Shown here: positions 49,351 through 58,186 of the stretch, one piece after another | Numbering within the stretch: the stretch's first letter is position 1 | Layout of the letters: each line of letters starts with the position of its first letter | Assembly: GCA_022711395.1 (NCBI GenBank) | Contig: JAKLFA010000006.1 | Coordinates: 154 to 64,153 of the forward strand | Reading direction: 5' to 3' | Length of the DNA: 64,000 nt | Source: Candidatus Omnitrophota bacterium | GTDB lineage: Bacteria; Omnitrophota; Gorgyraeia; Zapsychrales; JANLHA01 | The notes under the pieces: generated by a model | Told to the model about the DNA's origin: nothing | Seen by the model: the letters and a program-made list of their open reading frames with translations, nothing else | The model's database searches: none | Program-made: the position numbers and the translations under genes

Positions 49351-50451
49351 TTGAGTTCAAATCCAACCATTCAGAACAAAAGTGTTTTTCAGGCCAAGAT
49401 CGCTCTCACGAACAATTGCGTGCTGAGGTGCGAGTATTGTTTTGTCGAGAAACAGAAGCAGCTGAATGTCATGAGCGTCGGCGTCGCCCGGCAGGCCGTT
49501 GATCTGATCCTGGATAACGGGGAAGGCCAGAAGATCATCAAGGTCTATGGCGGAGAGCCGTTATTGTGTTTTGACCTTGTCAGGGAGATCACGGCGTATG
49601 TGAGGAAAAACGAGAAGGCAGAGGCTCCGGCGCAGATGAGTCTGTGCACCAACGCTGTCCTGCTTAACGAGGACCATTTGCGTTTTTTGAAGGAAAATCG
49701 TTATCAGCTGGCGATCAGTTTTGACGGATTAAAAGACACGCAGGACAAGCACAGGAAATTTCCTGACGGAAAAGGGACTTTTGACATCGTCACAAAGAAG
49801 TTCCCGTTGATCTTTCAGGTCATGGGGGCTAAGGATGTCGCCGCCAATTTATCGATCGTCCCTTCTGAAGCGAAGAACCTGTTTGATAATTTTGCTTATA
49901 TCCTTTCTTCGGGCTTCGCAACCGTAAATTTTGAGCCGGTGTTCGGATACAGGAGCTGGCAAAGGGAAGACCAGGAAACGTTCGTCGGCCAGATGAAGAA
50001 GATCATCAAATTTGTCCATGCCAATCTTCTGGAAGGGAAGTTTTTCTTCCTGGCGACGATCAACAGGGAGCTGAAATACAGGACGCTATCGAAGTTCGTC
50101 ACGGACCCCTGCCCTTTCGTGCAGTGCCTGGAAGTCCAGCCGGACGGGGACCTCACGCTGGTGCCGTTCATCCGCGATTTCGATAAGAACGTCGGGAACC
50201 AGTGTTTCGTAGGCAATCTTGAAAAGGGCGTCTTCAACGAAAAGTACCTGGTCTGCCGTTATTCCCCGGGGGATATCTGCCGGCAGTGCGTGAAGGAAAG
50301 CTTTTTTCAGGATGACAGCGCCGCCGGGAAGATCGTGACCTTGCGTAACATGTTTTCGATCGAATACGCCGAGCTGCTGATCAAGCTCGCGCAAAAGGAT
50401 GAACGGGTCCGTTCGTATATTGAACAGGCCAAAGGGCATATTTGTTTTTAA
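49351..50451 (+). CDS. Radical SAM enzyme with a C-terminal SPASM/twitch Cys-rich domain (anSME/NirJ-AhbC/D-like)
   Basis: TNNCVLRCEYCFVEK (CxxxCxxC), GGEPLL, C-terminal Cys cluster (CPFVQC, CRQC). The TTG start at 49351 is the only in-frame start before the motif. Confidence 0.75.
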   Translation: MSSNPTIQNKSVFQAKIALTNNCVLRCEYCFVEKQKQLNVMSVGVARQAVDLILDNGEGQKIIKVYGGEPLLCFDLVREITAYVRKNEKAEAPAQMSLCTNAVLLNEDHLRFLKENRYQLAISFDGLKDTQDKHRKFPDGKGTFDIVTKKFPLIFQVMGAKDVAANLSIVPSEAKNLFDNFAYILSSGFATVNFEPVFGYRSWQREDQETFVGQMKKIIKFVHANLLEGKFFFLATINRELKYRTLSKFVTDPCPFVQCLEVQPDGDLTLVPFIRDFDKNVGNQCFVGNLEKGVFNEKYLVCRYSPGDICRQCVKESFFQDDSAAGKIVTLRNMFSIEYAELLIKLAQKDERVRSYIEQAKGHICF

Positions 50452-50470
50452 CTTTTAGGATGCGGCCGGC

Positions 50471-51553
50471 ATGATTGAACGTTTATTGAACAAAAAAGTT
50501 TATAAGCTGCGGATCCTGACAACAACGAAGTGCAACTGCCGCTGTTCGTATTGCTTTGTTGAAAAAAAGGATGAGTTCGCCGACTATGATGTTCTGGAGA
50601 AAGGCGTGCGTTTTTTGGTCGACAGTGCCGGCGATAAAAAGCTCCTCACGCTCTACGGCGGCGAACCGCTCTTTGCTTATGAGAATGTTCAGCGGGTGAT
50701 CCCGTTCGCCAGGGAATACGCTATCAAGAAGCAAAAACGGCTGGTCATGGCGTTCGTGAGCAATTCGCTGCTGCTGAAAGAGGAGCATCTGAGGTTTTTG
50801 CAGAAGCAGGGCGTTCATTACATCACGTCATTGATCGGGTCCAAGAAATATCATGACGAAAAACGGCGCCCTGTGGACGGTAAAAGCTCTTATGACGCGG
50901 TGGCGGAAAAGGTCCCTTTGATCCAAAAGTACACGAAGGTGGAAGAGGCCGGCGTTTGTTTTTGTGTTTTTCCCGACCAGATCGAGGCGCTGTTCGATAA
51001 CTTCAAACATGTTTTGTCATTGGGATTTCGAAACCTGAACATGGAACCGATCCTGGATTACAAGCCCTGGACGAAGAGGGAAGACGAAATATTTTTGGCC
51101 CATTGCAAAAAGATCATCGTGGAGCTTTTTGCAAGCATCAAGCGGCGGGATTTTATCTATCTGCGCCCGATCAGCCTGGAGCTCGCCTATAACAAGCTTT
51201 CGGACAAGTTCGCCTCAAGCTGCCTTTTTAATTTCGGATGCGTCCTGTATCCGGACGGATCCTTGGTCATGACGCCTTGGGTCCCCAAAGAGACGCATGC
51301 CGTCGCCAATCTGCTGAAAGATGAGGTCTATCGTTTTGCGGACTGCTGCTTTCCGGAAAGCGGCGGGCTTTGCAAGGACTGCACCGGCCATTATTTTCCG
51401 AGGTGGTCGGATAAGCAGAAACAGCTGATGGCCCACCGGGTCTACATGATCTATCATAAGTTCTGCCTGGAGGCGGCAAATCTTATACGGAAAAAAGCGA
51501 AGACCGATCCTTTATATAAGGAATATCTGGGAAAAGTGCTGGCCCATACCTGA
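50471..51553 (+). CDS. Radical SAM/SPASM-domain enzyme, paralog of the previous gene
   Basis: TTKCNCRCSYCFVEK, GGEPLF, C-terminal CLFNFGC...CCFPESGGLCKDCTGH. Confidence 0.75.
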   Translation: MIERLLNKKVYKLRILTTTKCNCRCSYCFVEKKDEFADYDVLEKGVRFLVDSAGDKKLLTLYGGEPLFAYENVQRVIPFAREYAIKKQKRLVMAFVSNSLLLKEEHLRFLQKQGVHYITSLIGSKKYHDEKRRPVDGKSSYDAVAEKVPLIQKYTKVEEAGVCFCVFPDQIEALFDNFKHVLSLGFRNLNMEPILDYKPWTKREDEIFLAHCKKIIVELFASIKRRDFIYLRPISLELAYNKLSDKFASSCLFNFGCVLYPDGSLVMTPWVPKETHAVANLLKDEVYRFADCCFPESGGLCKDCTGHYFPRWSDKQKQLMAHRVYMIYHKFCLEAANLIRKKAKTDPLYKEYLGKVLAHT

Positions 51554-51598
51554 CGGCAGTCCATACGGAGACGCCTGCCTTATTCGGAAGCCTGTGAC

Positions 51599-52468
51599 AT
51601 GAACGTCCTTTTAAGAATAACCGACCAATGCAATCAGGATTGCTGCTTTTGTAATGTTTCATCTGATGAGAGCGTGCCGCTGGATGAGGCCATGCGGCGC
51701 GTCCGCCAGGCGAAAGACCTGCGCACTCTTTCGATCAGCGGCGGGGAGCCGACTTTAAATAAGGGACTTCTGGAACTGGTCCGGGAGGCCAAAAAGAATC
51801 CCGGCATCCAGTTCGTGAGCCTGCAGACCAACGCGGTCACGGCCGCGTCCTCGGATTATGCCCGGATGTTAAAGGAGGCTGGTCTGGATGAGGCGTTTGT
51901 CGCGCTTCACTCCCACCAGGAAAAACTGTCGAACGTGCTGACCGGTTCTCAACTTTGGCAAAAGACCGTTTCCGGAATTCAAAACCTGACGGCCGCCGGA
52001 ATAAAGGTCGTGATCAACACGGTCATCAATAAGGCGACGTATGAACAGCTTCCGGAATTCTGCCTGTTCGTAGGCAGGACCTTTCCGGATGTTAAGGAGA
52101 TCTGTTTTTCATTCATCCAGCCCCACGGACGGGCATGGAAGAACCGTTCGGCGCTCATCCCGCGTTACAGTGAGGTCGTGCCATTTTTGAAAAAGGCATT
52201 GGAATTTTGCGATGGCTGCGGGATCGCCTACTGCAACCCGTATTGCGGTTTTCCACTATGTTTGTTCCCGGCGCCCAAAAAATGTTCCAGCGAGTTTTTG
52301 GATTCTCCCAGGTCCTCTTCTGAAAAGGAGGGGGTTTCACTCGTAAAAAGGGACAAGGTCCAGGGGCCTGCTTGCCAGCACTGCGCAGAAAAGACCCGTT
52401 GCAACGGCGTGTGGAAAAAATACGCCGAGATCCATGGGTTTTCCGAACTGAAACCGTTCAAAAAATGA
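51599..52468 (+). CDS. Small radical SAM enzyme (289 aa) with a C-terminal auxiliary Cys cluster
   Basis: ITDQCNQDCCFC (C-x3-C-x2-C), SGGEPTL, C-terminal CNPYCGFPLC...CQHCAEKTRCNG. Confidence 0.7.
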   Translation: MNVLLRITDQCNQDCCFCNVSSDESVPLDEAMRRVRQAKDLRTLSISGGEPTLNKGLLELVREAKKNPGIQFVSLQTNAVTAASSDYARMLKEAGLDEAFVALHSHQEKLSNVLTGSQLWQKTVSGIQNLTAAGIKVVINTVINKATYEQLPEFCLFVGRTFPDVKEICFSFIQPHGRAWKNRSALIPRYSEVVPFLKKALEFCDGCGIAYCNPYCGFPLCLFPAPKKCSSEFLDSPRSSSEKEGVSLVKRDKVQGPACQHCAEKTRCNGVWKKYAEIHGFSELKPFKK

Positions 52469-52482
52469 AATTCAAGAGTTGG

Positions 52483-52523
52483 TTGACAGGGGAAGTTTTT
52501 TTTGTATAATGCACATATGTGCA
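52483..52523 (+). promoter_or_regulatory. Promoter TTGACA-16-TATAAT immediately followed by a 14-bp perfect palindrome TGCACATATGTGCA (candidate operator)
   Basis: -35 at 52483-52488, -10 at 52505-52510, palindrome at 52510-52523, then RBS aaggag and the DUF134 start. Confidence 0.5.
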
Positions 52524-52542
52524 AAACTATTAAGGAGTGTCT

Positions 52543-52839
52543 ATGCGTCCTAAAAAGACACGATGGGTAAAATGCGAGCCGGGAGAACGGTGTTTTCGTC
52601 CGCAAGGGGTTCGGGTGAAGGACCTGCAGGGGGTGGACCTGACGGTTGATGAATTTGAAGCGGTAAGGCTGGCGGACCATGAACGGCTCACGCAGGAGCA
52701 GATCGCTTTACAAATGAAGATCCATCGCTCCACGGTTTCAAGGATCCTGACCTCGGCCCACGGGAAAATTGCGGATGCGTTAGTGAATAAAAAGGCCGTC
52801 AAGGTTGAGGGCGGTTGTTGTAAATTCAGGGGGGCGTAA
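52543..52839 (+). CDS. DUF134 (UPF0251) predicted DNA-binding protein with N-terminal C-x5-C and C-terminal GGCC; first gene of the ars cassette
   Basis: CEPGERC ... [37 protein letters not shown] (sigma-70 region-4-like HTH) ... VEGGCC. It ends 1 nt before the ACR3 start. Confidence 0.75.
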   Translation: MRPKKTRWVKCEPGERCFRPQGVRVKDLQGVDLTVDEFEAVRLADHERLTQEQIALQMKIHRSTVSRILTSAHGKIADALVNKKAVKVEGGCCKFRGA

Positions 52840-52840
52840 T

Positions 52841-54007
52841 ATGCAGGAAAGAAATATGTCCGTTTTTGAACGGTATTTAACGCTATGGGTTGTTGCGTGC
52901 ATCGCGGCGGGAATATTTTTGGGCAAGGCCGCGCCCGGGGTGGCCAAGTCACTGGACGGATTTTCGATATTCGTCAACGGTGCGCCGGTGGTGTCCATTC
53001 CGATCGCGGTCTGTTTGTTTTTTATGATGTACCCGATCATGGTTAAGATCGATTTCGCTGAAGTCATTAAGGCGGGAAAATCCCCTAAGCCTGTCTGGCT
53101 GACCTTGTTTGTCAATTGGGCGGTCAAGCCGTTTACTATGTATGCGATCGCCTTGTTTTTTCTCGGGTTTTTATTTCGGGGTTTAATTGGCGTTGACGCT
53201 GTTGACTTTGTGAAACTTCCGCCGGGCTCGGATTGGGCGGTCGGCTCTGTCCACGGCTCCGGGACGGTTATCCTGCTGGAAGGCTTAAAAATGCTTCAGG
53301 TCCCTTTGTGGCGCAGTTATTTTGCAGGATGCATTTTGCTGGGCATCGCGCCGTGCACGGCCATGGTTTTGGTTTGGGGGTTTTTAGCTAAAGGCAATGA
53401 CGGACATACTTTGGTGATGGTCGCCATCAATTCGCTGACCATGCTGTTGCTCTACGGCGTCTTGGGTGGATTTCTTTTAGGGGTGGGCAAAATGCCGGTT
53501 CCCTGGGAGGCGCTTGTATTGTCAATCGCGATCTATGTCGCGCTTCCGCTGGTGGCCGGGTATCTTTCGAGAAAGTGGATCGTCTCCCGCAAAGGCATTG
53601 ATTGGTTCAATGAAAAATTTCTGCATGTCCTTTCGCCGGTCTCGATTATCGCGCTGTTGTTTACGCTGGTGCTTTTATTTTCGTTTAAGGGTGAGGTCAT
53701 TCTTGCACAGCCGCTCACGATCCTGTGGATCGCGATCCCGCTGTTTATTCAGACCTGTTTGATTTTTGCCATTACCTACTGGCTGGCGAAAAAATTGCGT
53801 TTGAGTTATGGAGACGCGGCGCCCAGCGCCATGGTAGGTGCGAGTAATCACTTTGAGGTCGCGATCGCCACTGCTACAATGCTGTTTGGGTTATCATCCG
53901 GCGCTGCCCTGGCAACGGTGGTGGGTGTTTTGATCGAGGTGCCGGTCATGCTGATGCTGGTCAAGATCTGTTTGAAGACGCAGGGGATGTTCCAGTATAA
54001 TGAATAA
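52841..54007 (+). CDS. Arsenite efflux permease (ACR3 family)
   Basis: FERYLTLWV start, 10 TM helices, ACR3 hallmarks ([11 protein letters not shown] with the conserved Cys, GYLSRKW). Confidence 0.85.
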   Translation: MQERNMSVFERYLTLWVVACIAAGIFLGKAAPGVAKSLDGFSIFVNGAPVVSIPIAVCLFFMMYPIMVKIDFAEVIKAGKSPKPVWLTLFVNWAVKPFTMYAIALFFLGFLFRGLIGVDAVDFVKLPPGSDWAVGSVHGSGTVILLEGLKMLQVPLWRSYFAGCILLGIAPCTAMVLVWGFLAKGNDGHTLVMVAINSLTMLLLYGVLGGFLLGVGKMPVPWEALVLSIAIYVALPLVAGYLSRKWIVSRKGIDWFNEKFLHVLSPVSIIALLFTLVLLFSFKGEVILAQPLTILWIAIPLFIQTCLIFAITYWLAKKLRLSYGDAAPSAMVGASNHFEVAIATATMLFGLSSGAALATVVGVLIEVPVMLMLVKICLKTQGMFQYNE

Positions 54008-54039
54008 AATTGCAGGGGAAAATCAAGGAGACGGCGGAT

Positions 54040-54240
54040 ATGAAAATACTGGCCCATTTTATTATTTTCTTTGTGTTCGTTTTTGGCATTCACCGTTATC
54101 TGGTGCAAAAATCAGAAAAATGTGAAAATAAAGAGTGTGAATGTCCGATCAGAGAGAACCTGAGGGAGGGGTATCTGGTCGTTGGGGCGCTGTCATTGGC
54201 GGCGCTGTGCCTGATGGCCTTGATCGAGGTGGCGTTTTAA
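54040..54240 (+). CDS. Small two-TM membrane protein with a cytoplasmic C-x5-C-x-C motif
   Basis: 66-aa ORF with an aaggag RBS 9 nt upstream; [10 protein letters not shown] lies between two hydrophobic helices. Confidence 0.4.
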   Translation: MKILAHFIIFFVFVFGIHRYLVQKSEKCENKECECPIRENLREGYLVVGALSLAALCLMALIEVAF

Positions 54241-54257
54241 AACGCAAGGAGTTCAGG

Positions 54258-54689
54258 ATGAAAGAGAGGACAAGGGTTTTATTCGTTTGCATCCATAATT
54301 CCGCGCGCAGCCAGATGGCAGAGGCATTTTTGAAAGAGATCGCGTCCGACAGGTTCGAGGTGGATAGCGCCGGACTTGAGCCGGGACAGCTCAATCCAGC
54401 CGTGGTTGAGGTGATGAAAGAATCCGGGATTGATCTCTCGGGGAAAAAGACCCAGAGCGTTCAAAGCTTGCTTGATCAGGGAAAACGATTTGATTATGTG
54501 TTTACGGTCTGTGATGAAACGCAGGCTGAACGATGCCCGATCTTCCCCGGCGGGGGAAAACGGGTCCATATCGGGTTTCCGGACCCGTCGTCTTTTCAAG
54601 GCACTCATGAGGAAAAACTGCAAAAGACCAGGGAAGTGCGCGACATGATCAAGACCAAGATCCAGCAGTGGGCGGATCTTGCGCGGTAG
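54258..54689 (+). CDS. arsC: Arsenate reductase, LMW-PTP family (thioredoxin-coupled ArsC)
   Basis: [16 protein letters not shown] (C-x5-R P-loop) plus downstream Cys pair [11 protein letters not shown]. Confidence 0.85.
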   Translation: MKERTRVLFVCIHNSARSQMAEAFLKEIASDRFEVDSAGLEPGQLNPAVVEVMKESGIDLSGKKTQSVQSLLDQGKRFDYVFTVCDETQAERCPIFPGGGKRVHIGFPDPSSFQGTHEEKLQKTREVRDMIKTKIQQWADLAR

Positions 54690-54735
54690 TTGTTGACCCA
54701 TTCGATCTTCTATTCGTTCCGATAAAAATTTTCAC

Positions 54736-54780
54736 TGGACAAAAATACAGGCAAACGATATTATTGGCATATGCCAATAA
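54736..54780 (+). promoter_or_regulatory. Promoter TGGACA-17-TATTAT followed by a 20-bp perfect palindrome TTATTGGCATATGCCAATAA (candidate operator)
   Basis: Palindrome at 54761-54780 overlaps the -10, then RBS aaggagg and the second DUF134 gene. The CATATG centre is shared with the 52510 palindrome. Confidence 0.45.
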
Positions 54781-54794
54781 TCAAGGAGGCCGCT

Positions 54795-55094
54795 ATGCCC
54801 AGGCCATGTCGATATCGAAATGTCCGCTGTTCACCGGATATCAATTATTTTAAGCCGCGCGGGATCCCGTTGGACCTGCTGGAAGAGGTCCAGCTCACGC
54901 TGGATGAGCTTGAGGCGATCCGGCTGGCGGATTTTGACGATCTGTATCAAGCCGAAGCCGCCGATAAAATGAACATTTCCCGCCAGACGTTCGGCAACAT
55001 TATCAAGAGCGCGCATAAGAAGCTCGCGGAGGCTCTTTTGCAGGGAAAGGCCTTAAAGATCGAGGGTGGGTGCGTAAAAAAGGTCGCGCGATGA
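54795..55094 (+). CDS. DUF134 (UPF0251) predicted DNA-binding protein, paralog 2
   Basis: PCRYRNVRC ... LTLDELEAIRLADFDDLYQAEAADKMNISRQTFGNII ... IEGGCVKK. Confidence 0.75.
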   Translation: MPRPCRYRNVRCSPDINYFKPRGIPLDLLEEVQLTLDELEAIRLADFDDLYQAEAADKMNISRQTFGNIIKSAHKKLAEALLQGKALKIEGGCVKKVAR

Positions 55095-55678
55095 AAGATA
55101 TTCTAAAACGGGAAGAACGCAGGCTCAGGCAGCTAACGAAGCTGGGTTATGACATCAAGCGTTCCAGGGAATTTATCTTTAAAAAAGCGGGCCTTGATCA
55201 CGGATCGATCCTGGAGGTGGGAACCGGAAAAGGCCATTTCGCTTTGTTGTTGGCAAATAAGGGGTTTGTTTTAACGTCGATCGATCTGGACCCGGGGGCT
55301 CACCGCGTCGCCAGGGAGTTTCTAAAGGCCGATCGCCTGCAGCGCAAGGTCCGGCTCAAGAGGATGGACGCGGAAAAACTTGATTTCCCTTCACGGTCGT
55401 TTGATCAGGTTGTTTCGGTCAATTTCATGCACCATGCGCAATATCCCAAAAGATGTTTGGCGGAAATGGTAAGGGTCGCAAGAGCCAAGATCGTCATCGC
55501 CGACATCAACAAAAAAGGCGAGCTGGTCTTGGAACGGATGCACAAAAAAGAAGGGCATGATCATCCCCGTTCAGACATAAGTTTTCAGCAGATGAGGTCG
55601 TTTTTAGAGGAAAAGGGTTTTTCAGTGAGAACGTTTAAGGGTTTTTGTCAAACAATGCTGGTCGCAGAAAAGGAGTGA
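55091..55678 (+). CDS. Class I SAM-dependent methyltransferase
   Basis: ILEVGTGKGHFALLLA (motif I), methyltransferase type 11/12-like fold; the start overlaps the DUF134 stop (ATGA). Confidence 0.75.
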   Translation: MKDILKREERRLRQLTKLGYDIKRSREFIFKKAGLDHGSILEVGTGKGHFALLLANKGFVLTSIDLDPGAHRVAREFLKADRLQRKVRLKRMDAEKLDFPSRSFDQVVSVNFMHHAQYPKRCLAEMVRVARAKIVIADINKKGELVLERMHKKEGHDHPRSDISFQQMRSFLEEKGFSVRTFKGFCQTMLVAEKE

Positions 55679-55681
55679 ATA

Positions 55682-56047
55682 ATGAAGATCTGTATTCCGA
55701 CAGCAACGGATGAAGGGTTAGGCGCTCAGGTATTTGGCCATTTCGGCAGCGCCCCGTATTTTACCATTGTGGACGTCGAGAGCGGAGAGATCCGCATGGT
55801 GAACAACTCCAACGCGCACCATTCGCACGGGATGTGCCATCCTTTGGGGGCGTTGAGCGGCTTATCGATCGATGCCGTGATCTGTCAGGGGATGGGCGCG
55901 CGTGCCGTGCAGAAGCTCAATGAAGCCGGCATCAGGGCCTTTCAGGCGCAGGGACAGACAGTGGCAGAGCTTATCGACCGTTGCAAAGCCGAAGAACTTT
56001 CGGAGATCACTCCGGCCGGAGCATGCACCCAGCATGGATGCCATTAG
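55682..56047 (+). CDS. Dinitrogenase FeMo-cofactor-binding domain protein (NifX/NafY/NifB-C-terminal-like, PF02579)
   Basis: MKICIPT...GHFGSAPYFTIVDVESGEI...VICQGMGARAVQKLNEAGIRAF matches the FeMo-co domain pattern. Confidence 0.75.
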   Translation: MKICIPTATDEGLGAQVFGHFGSAPYFTIVDVESGEIRMVNNSNAHHSHGMCHPLGALSGLSIDAVICQGMGARAVQKLNEAGIRAFQAQGQTVAELIDRCKAEELSEITPAGACTQHGCH

Positions 56048-56157
56048 ATCGTGAAGGCCCGGCAGGCTTTTTAAAACCCTATTTTTTCCGGATTTGAGTT
56101 CCCTCTTTCGGCAGGACGATATACAATAAACGGCATGCCTTATCAGAAAGGGCGCTC

Positions 56158-56718
56158 ATGAATTTTTTTACAGTCTTTTTTGTCGCGGTGGCCCTGGCCA
56201 TGGACGCGTTTGCCGTCTCGGTGGCGTCCAGCGTGCTTATTTGCAAACACAGATTGCGGAGGGCCTTTACGTTCGGCCTGATGTTCGGCGGGTTTCAGAT
56301 GATCATGCCGGTGGTGGGCTGGGCGGCGGGCAGGACATTCCGTTCTTTGATCACGGGAGTGGATCATTGGATCGCATTTGGTCTGCTTTTTCTGATCGGC
56401 CTAAAGATGATCTGGGAGGCGTTCAAGATCGAGCGGATCGAACAATCGTGCTGTAAACTGACGTGGCTGGTTTTACTGGGACTGTCTTTGGCCACCAGCA
56501 TGGACGCACTGGCCACAGGGATCAGTTTTGCTTTTTTGGAGGTTTCTATTGTCCTGCCGGTTGCGGTGATCGGCGCGGTCACGTTTGTCTTATCGTTTAC
56601 TGGCGTTGTCCTGGGCAGCCGTCTGGGAGGAAAATTTGAACAGACAGCCGAAATCTTAGGCGGTGCAATCTTGATCGCCATAGGTTTTCAGATCCTCATT
56701 AAGCATTTGTTGGGGTAA
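56158..56718 (+). CDS. mntP: Manganese efflux pump MntP
   Basis: FFVAVALAMDAFAVSVA and the duplicated motif in the second half (SMDALATGISFA). Confidence 0.85.
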   Translation: MNFFTVFFVAVALAMDAFAVSVASSVLICKHRLRRAFTFGLMFGGFQMIMPVVGWAAGRTFRSLITGVDHWIAFGLLFLIGLKMIWEAFKIERIEQSCCKLTWLVLLGLSLATSMDALATGISFAFLEVSIVLPVAVIGAVTFVLSFTGVVLGSRLGGKFEQTAEILGGAILIAIGFQILIKHLLG

Positions 56719-56730
56719 TATCCTGCCCGC

Positions 56731-58152
56731 ATGTCAGAGGCTCCATCCAGGAAACGGCATGTCCTAAGAGAAGGAATTTTGATGAGCGTAAAGAGTTACA
56801 CGCCCGGAGGGGTCCGGGAAATGGTCGTGATCGCATTGCCGATGGCGGTTTCGTTCGCCTGCGACACGGTGATGATCTTTACGGACCGGATCTTTTTGTC
56901 CCGCCTGGGCCCGCAGTGGATGAACGGGGCCATGGTCGGCGGGTTGACATCTTTTTTGATGATATCGTTCTTTATCGGGCTGATCGGATATATAACGGCT
57001 TTGACCGCGCAGTATCTGGGCGCCCAAAAAAAGGAAATGTGCCCGATCGTGGTCGCTCAGGGGCTCATGATCATTCTGGCGGCGTATCCTTTTATTCTGG
57101 CGGCACGGCCTTTGGCCTATCAGTTCTTTCATGCGATGGGAATTTCCGCGGAGCAGGCTGGTCCGGCGCGAGAATATTTTGATATTTTGGTCTATGGCGC
57201 TGTGGTGGTGCTTGCGCGCACGTGTTTGAGCAGTTTTTTTTCGGGGATCGGGCGCACGCGCATCGTCATGCTGGCGTCCTTGTCGGCCATGATCATGAAC
57301 GTCCTGGCCAGCTATGTGCTCATTTTTGGAAAATTCGGGACCCCCGCTTTTGGTATCAAAGGAGCGGCGTTCGGTTCCATCCTGGGAAGCGCCTGCGGGG
57401 TCTTGATCATGACGGTATGTTATGCGCGCCGCGCGCATTGGGCGGAATTCGCGATCAAGAATTCGTTCGTCCTTGACCGTCAAGTCATGAAAAAGCTGTT
57501 GCGTTTCGGTTATCCAACGGGCGTGGAGATGTTCTTTTCGGTCCTGGCTTTTGATGTCCTGGTGATGGCGTTTCATTCCCGGGGGGCGGCGACAGCCACA
57601 GCGGCAACGATCATGTTCAATTGGGACCTGGTGACCTTTATTCCGCTGCTGGGGGTGGAAGTCGGAGTGACCAGTCTGGTCGGCCGTTACATGGGGGCCG
57701 GTCAGCCGGCTATCGCCCATCGTTCAGCGATGTCAGGGATCAAGTTCGGCATAGGATATTCGCTGGTGATTTTTGTTTTGTTCGTTGGTGTTCCAGGCGC
57801 GCTGGTCGACCTGTTCCGGCCGGAGATGAACACGGAGGTCTTTGTTCAGGCCCGCCCGGTCGCGATCTCCATGCTGCGGTTCGCGTCGCTGTATGTTTGC
57901 GTCATGGCGGTCTTTATAGCGTTGATCGGCGCGTTGAGAGGGGCAGGTGACACGTTCTGGGCGATGTGTTATTCCGTGAGCCTGCATTGGGCCTTGACCA
58001 TCATCGCTATTTTCAGCCTTCAAGTGATGGGGGCATCCGCTGAGCAGGCCTGGCTGGCTGTCGTCTTGACGTTTTTGATCTGTTCAGGGATCGCGTTCTA
58101 CCGGTATTATCAGGGCGGATGGAAAACGATCCGGGTGATCGATCCGGCCTAG
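56731..58152 (+). CDS. MATE-family multidrug/oligosaccharidyl-lipid efflux transporter
   Basis: 12 TM helices, MATE N-terminal motif (ALPMAVSFACDTVMIFTDRIFLSRLG); an alternative start at 56782 is possible. Confidence 0.8.
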   Translation: MSEAPSRKRHVLREGILMSVKSYTPGGVREMVVIALPMAVSFACDTVMIFTDRIFLSRLGPQWMNGAMVGGLTSFLMISFFIGLIGYITALTAQYLGAQKKEMCPIVVAQGLMIILAAYPFILAARPLAYQFFHAMGISAEQAGPAREYFDILVYGAVVVLARTCLSSFFSGIGRTRIVMLASLSAMIMNVLASYVLIFGKFGTPAFGIKGAAFGSILGSACGVLIMTVCYARRAHWAEFAIKNSFVLDRQVMKKLLRFGYPTGVEMFFSVLAFDVLVMAFHSRGAATATAATIMFNWDLVTFIPLLGVEVGVTSLVGRYMGAGQPAIAHRSAMSGIKFGIGYSLVIFVLFVGVPGALVDLFRPEMNTEVFVQARPVAISMLRFASLYVCVMAVFIALIGALRGAGDTFWAMCYSVSLHWALTIIAIFSLQVMGASAEQAWLAVVLTFLICSGIAFYRYYQGGWKTIRVIDPA

Positions 58153-58186
58153 AATAATCCAAAACTGCCCGTTTAGGCAGGAAAAA

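Noticed and set aside
55091-55678. Calling the methyltransferase ArsM (arsenite methyltransferase)
   Set aside because: It is only about 195 aa and lacks the three or four conserved Cys of ArsM. It is kept as a generic class I SAM-dependent methyltransferase.
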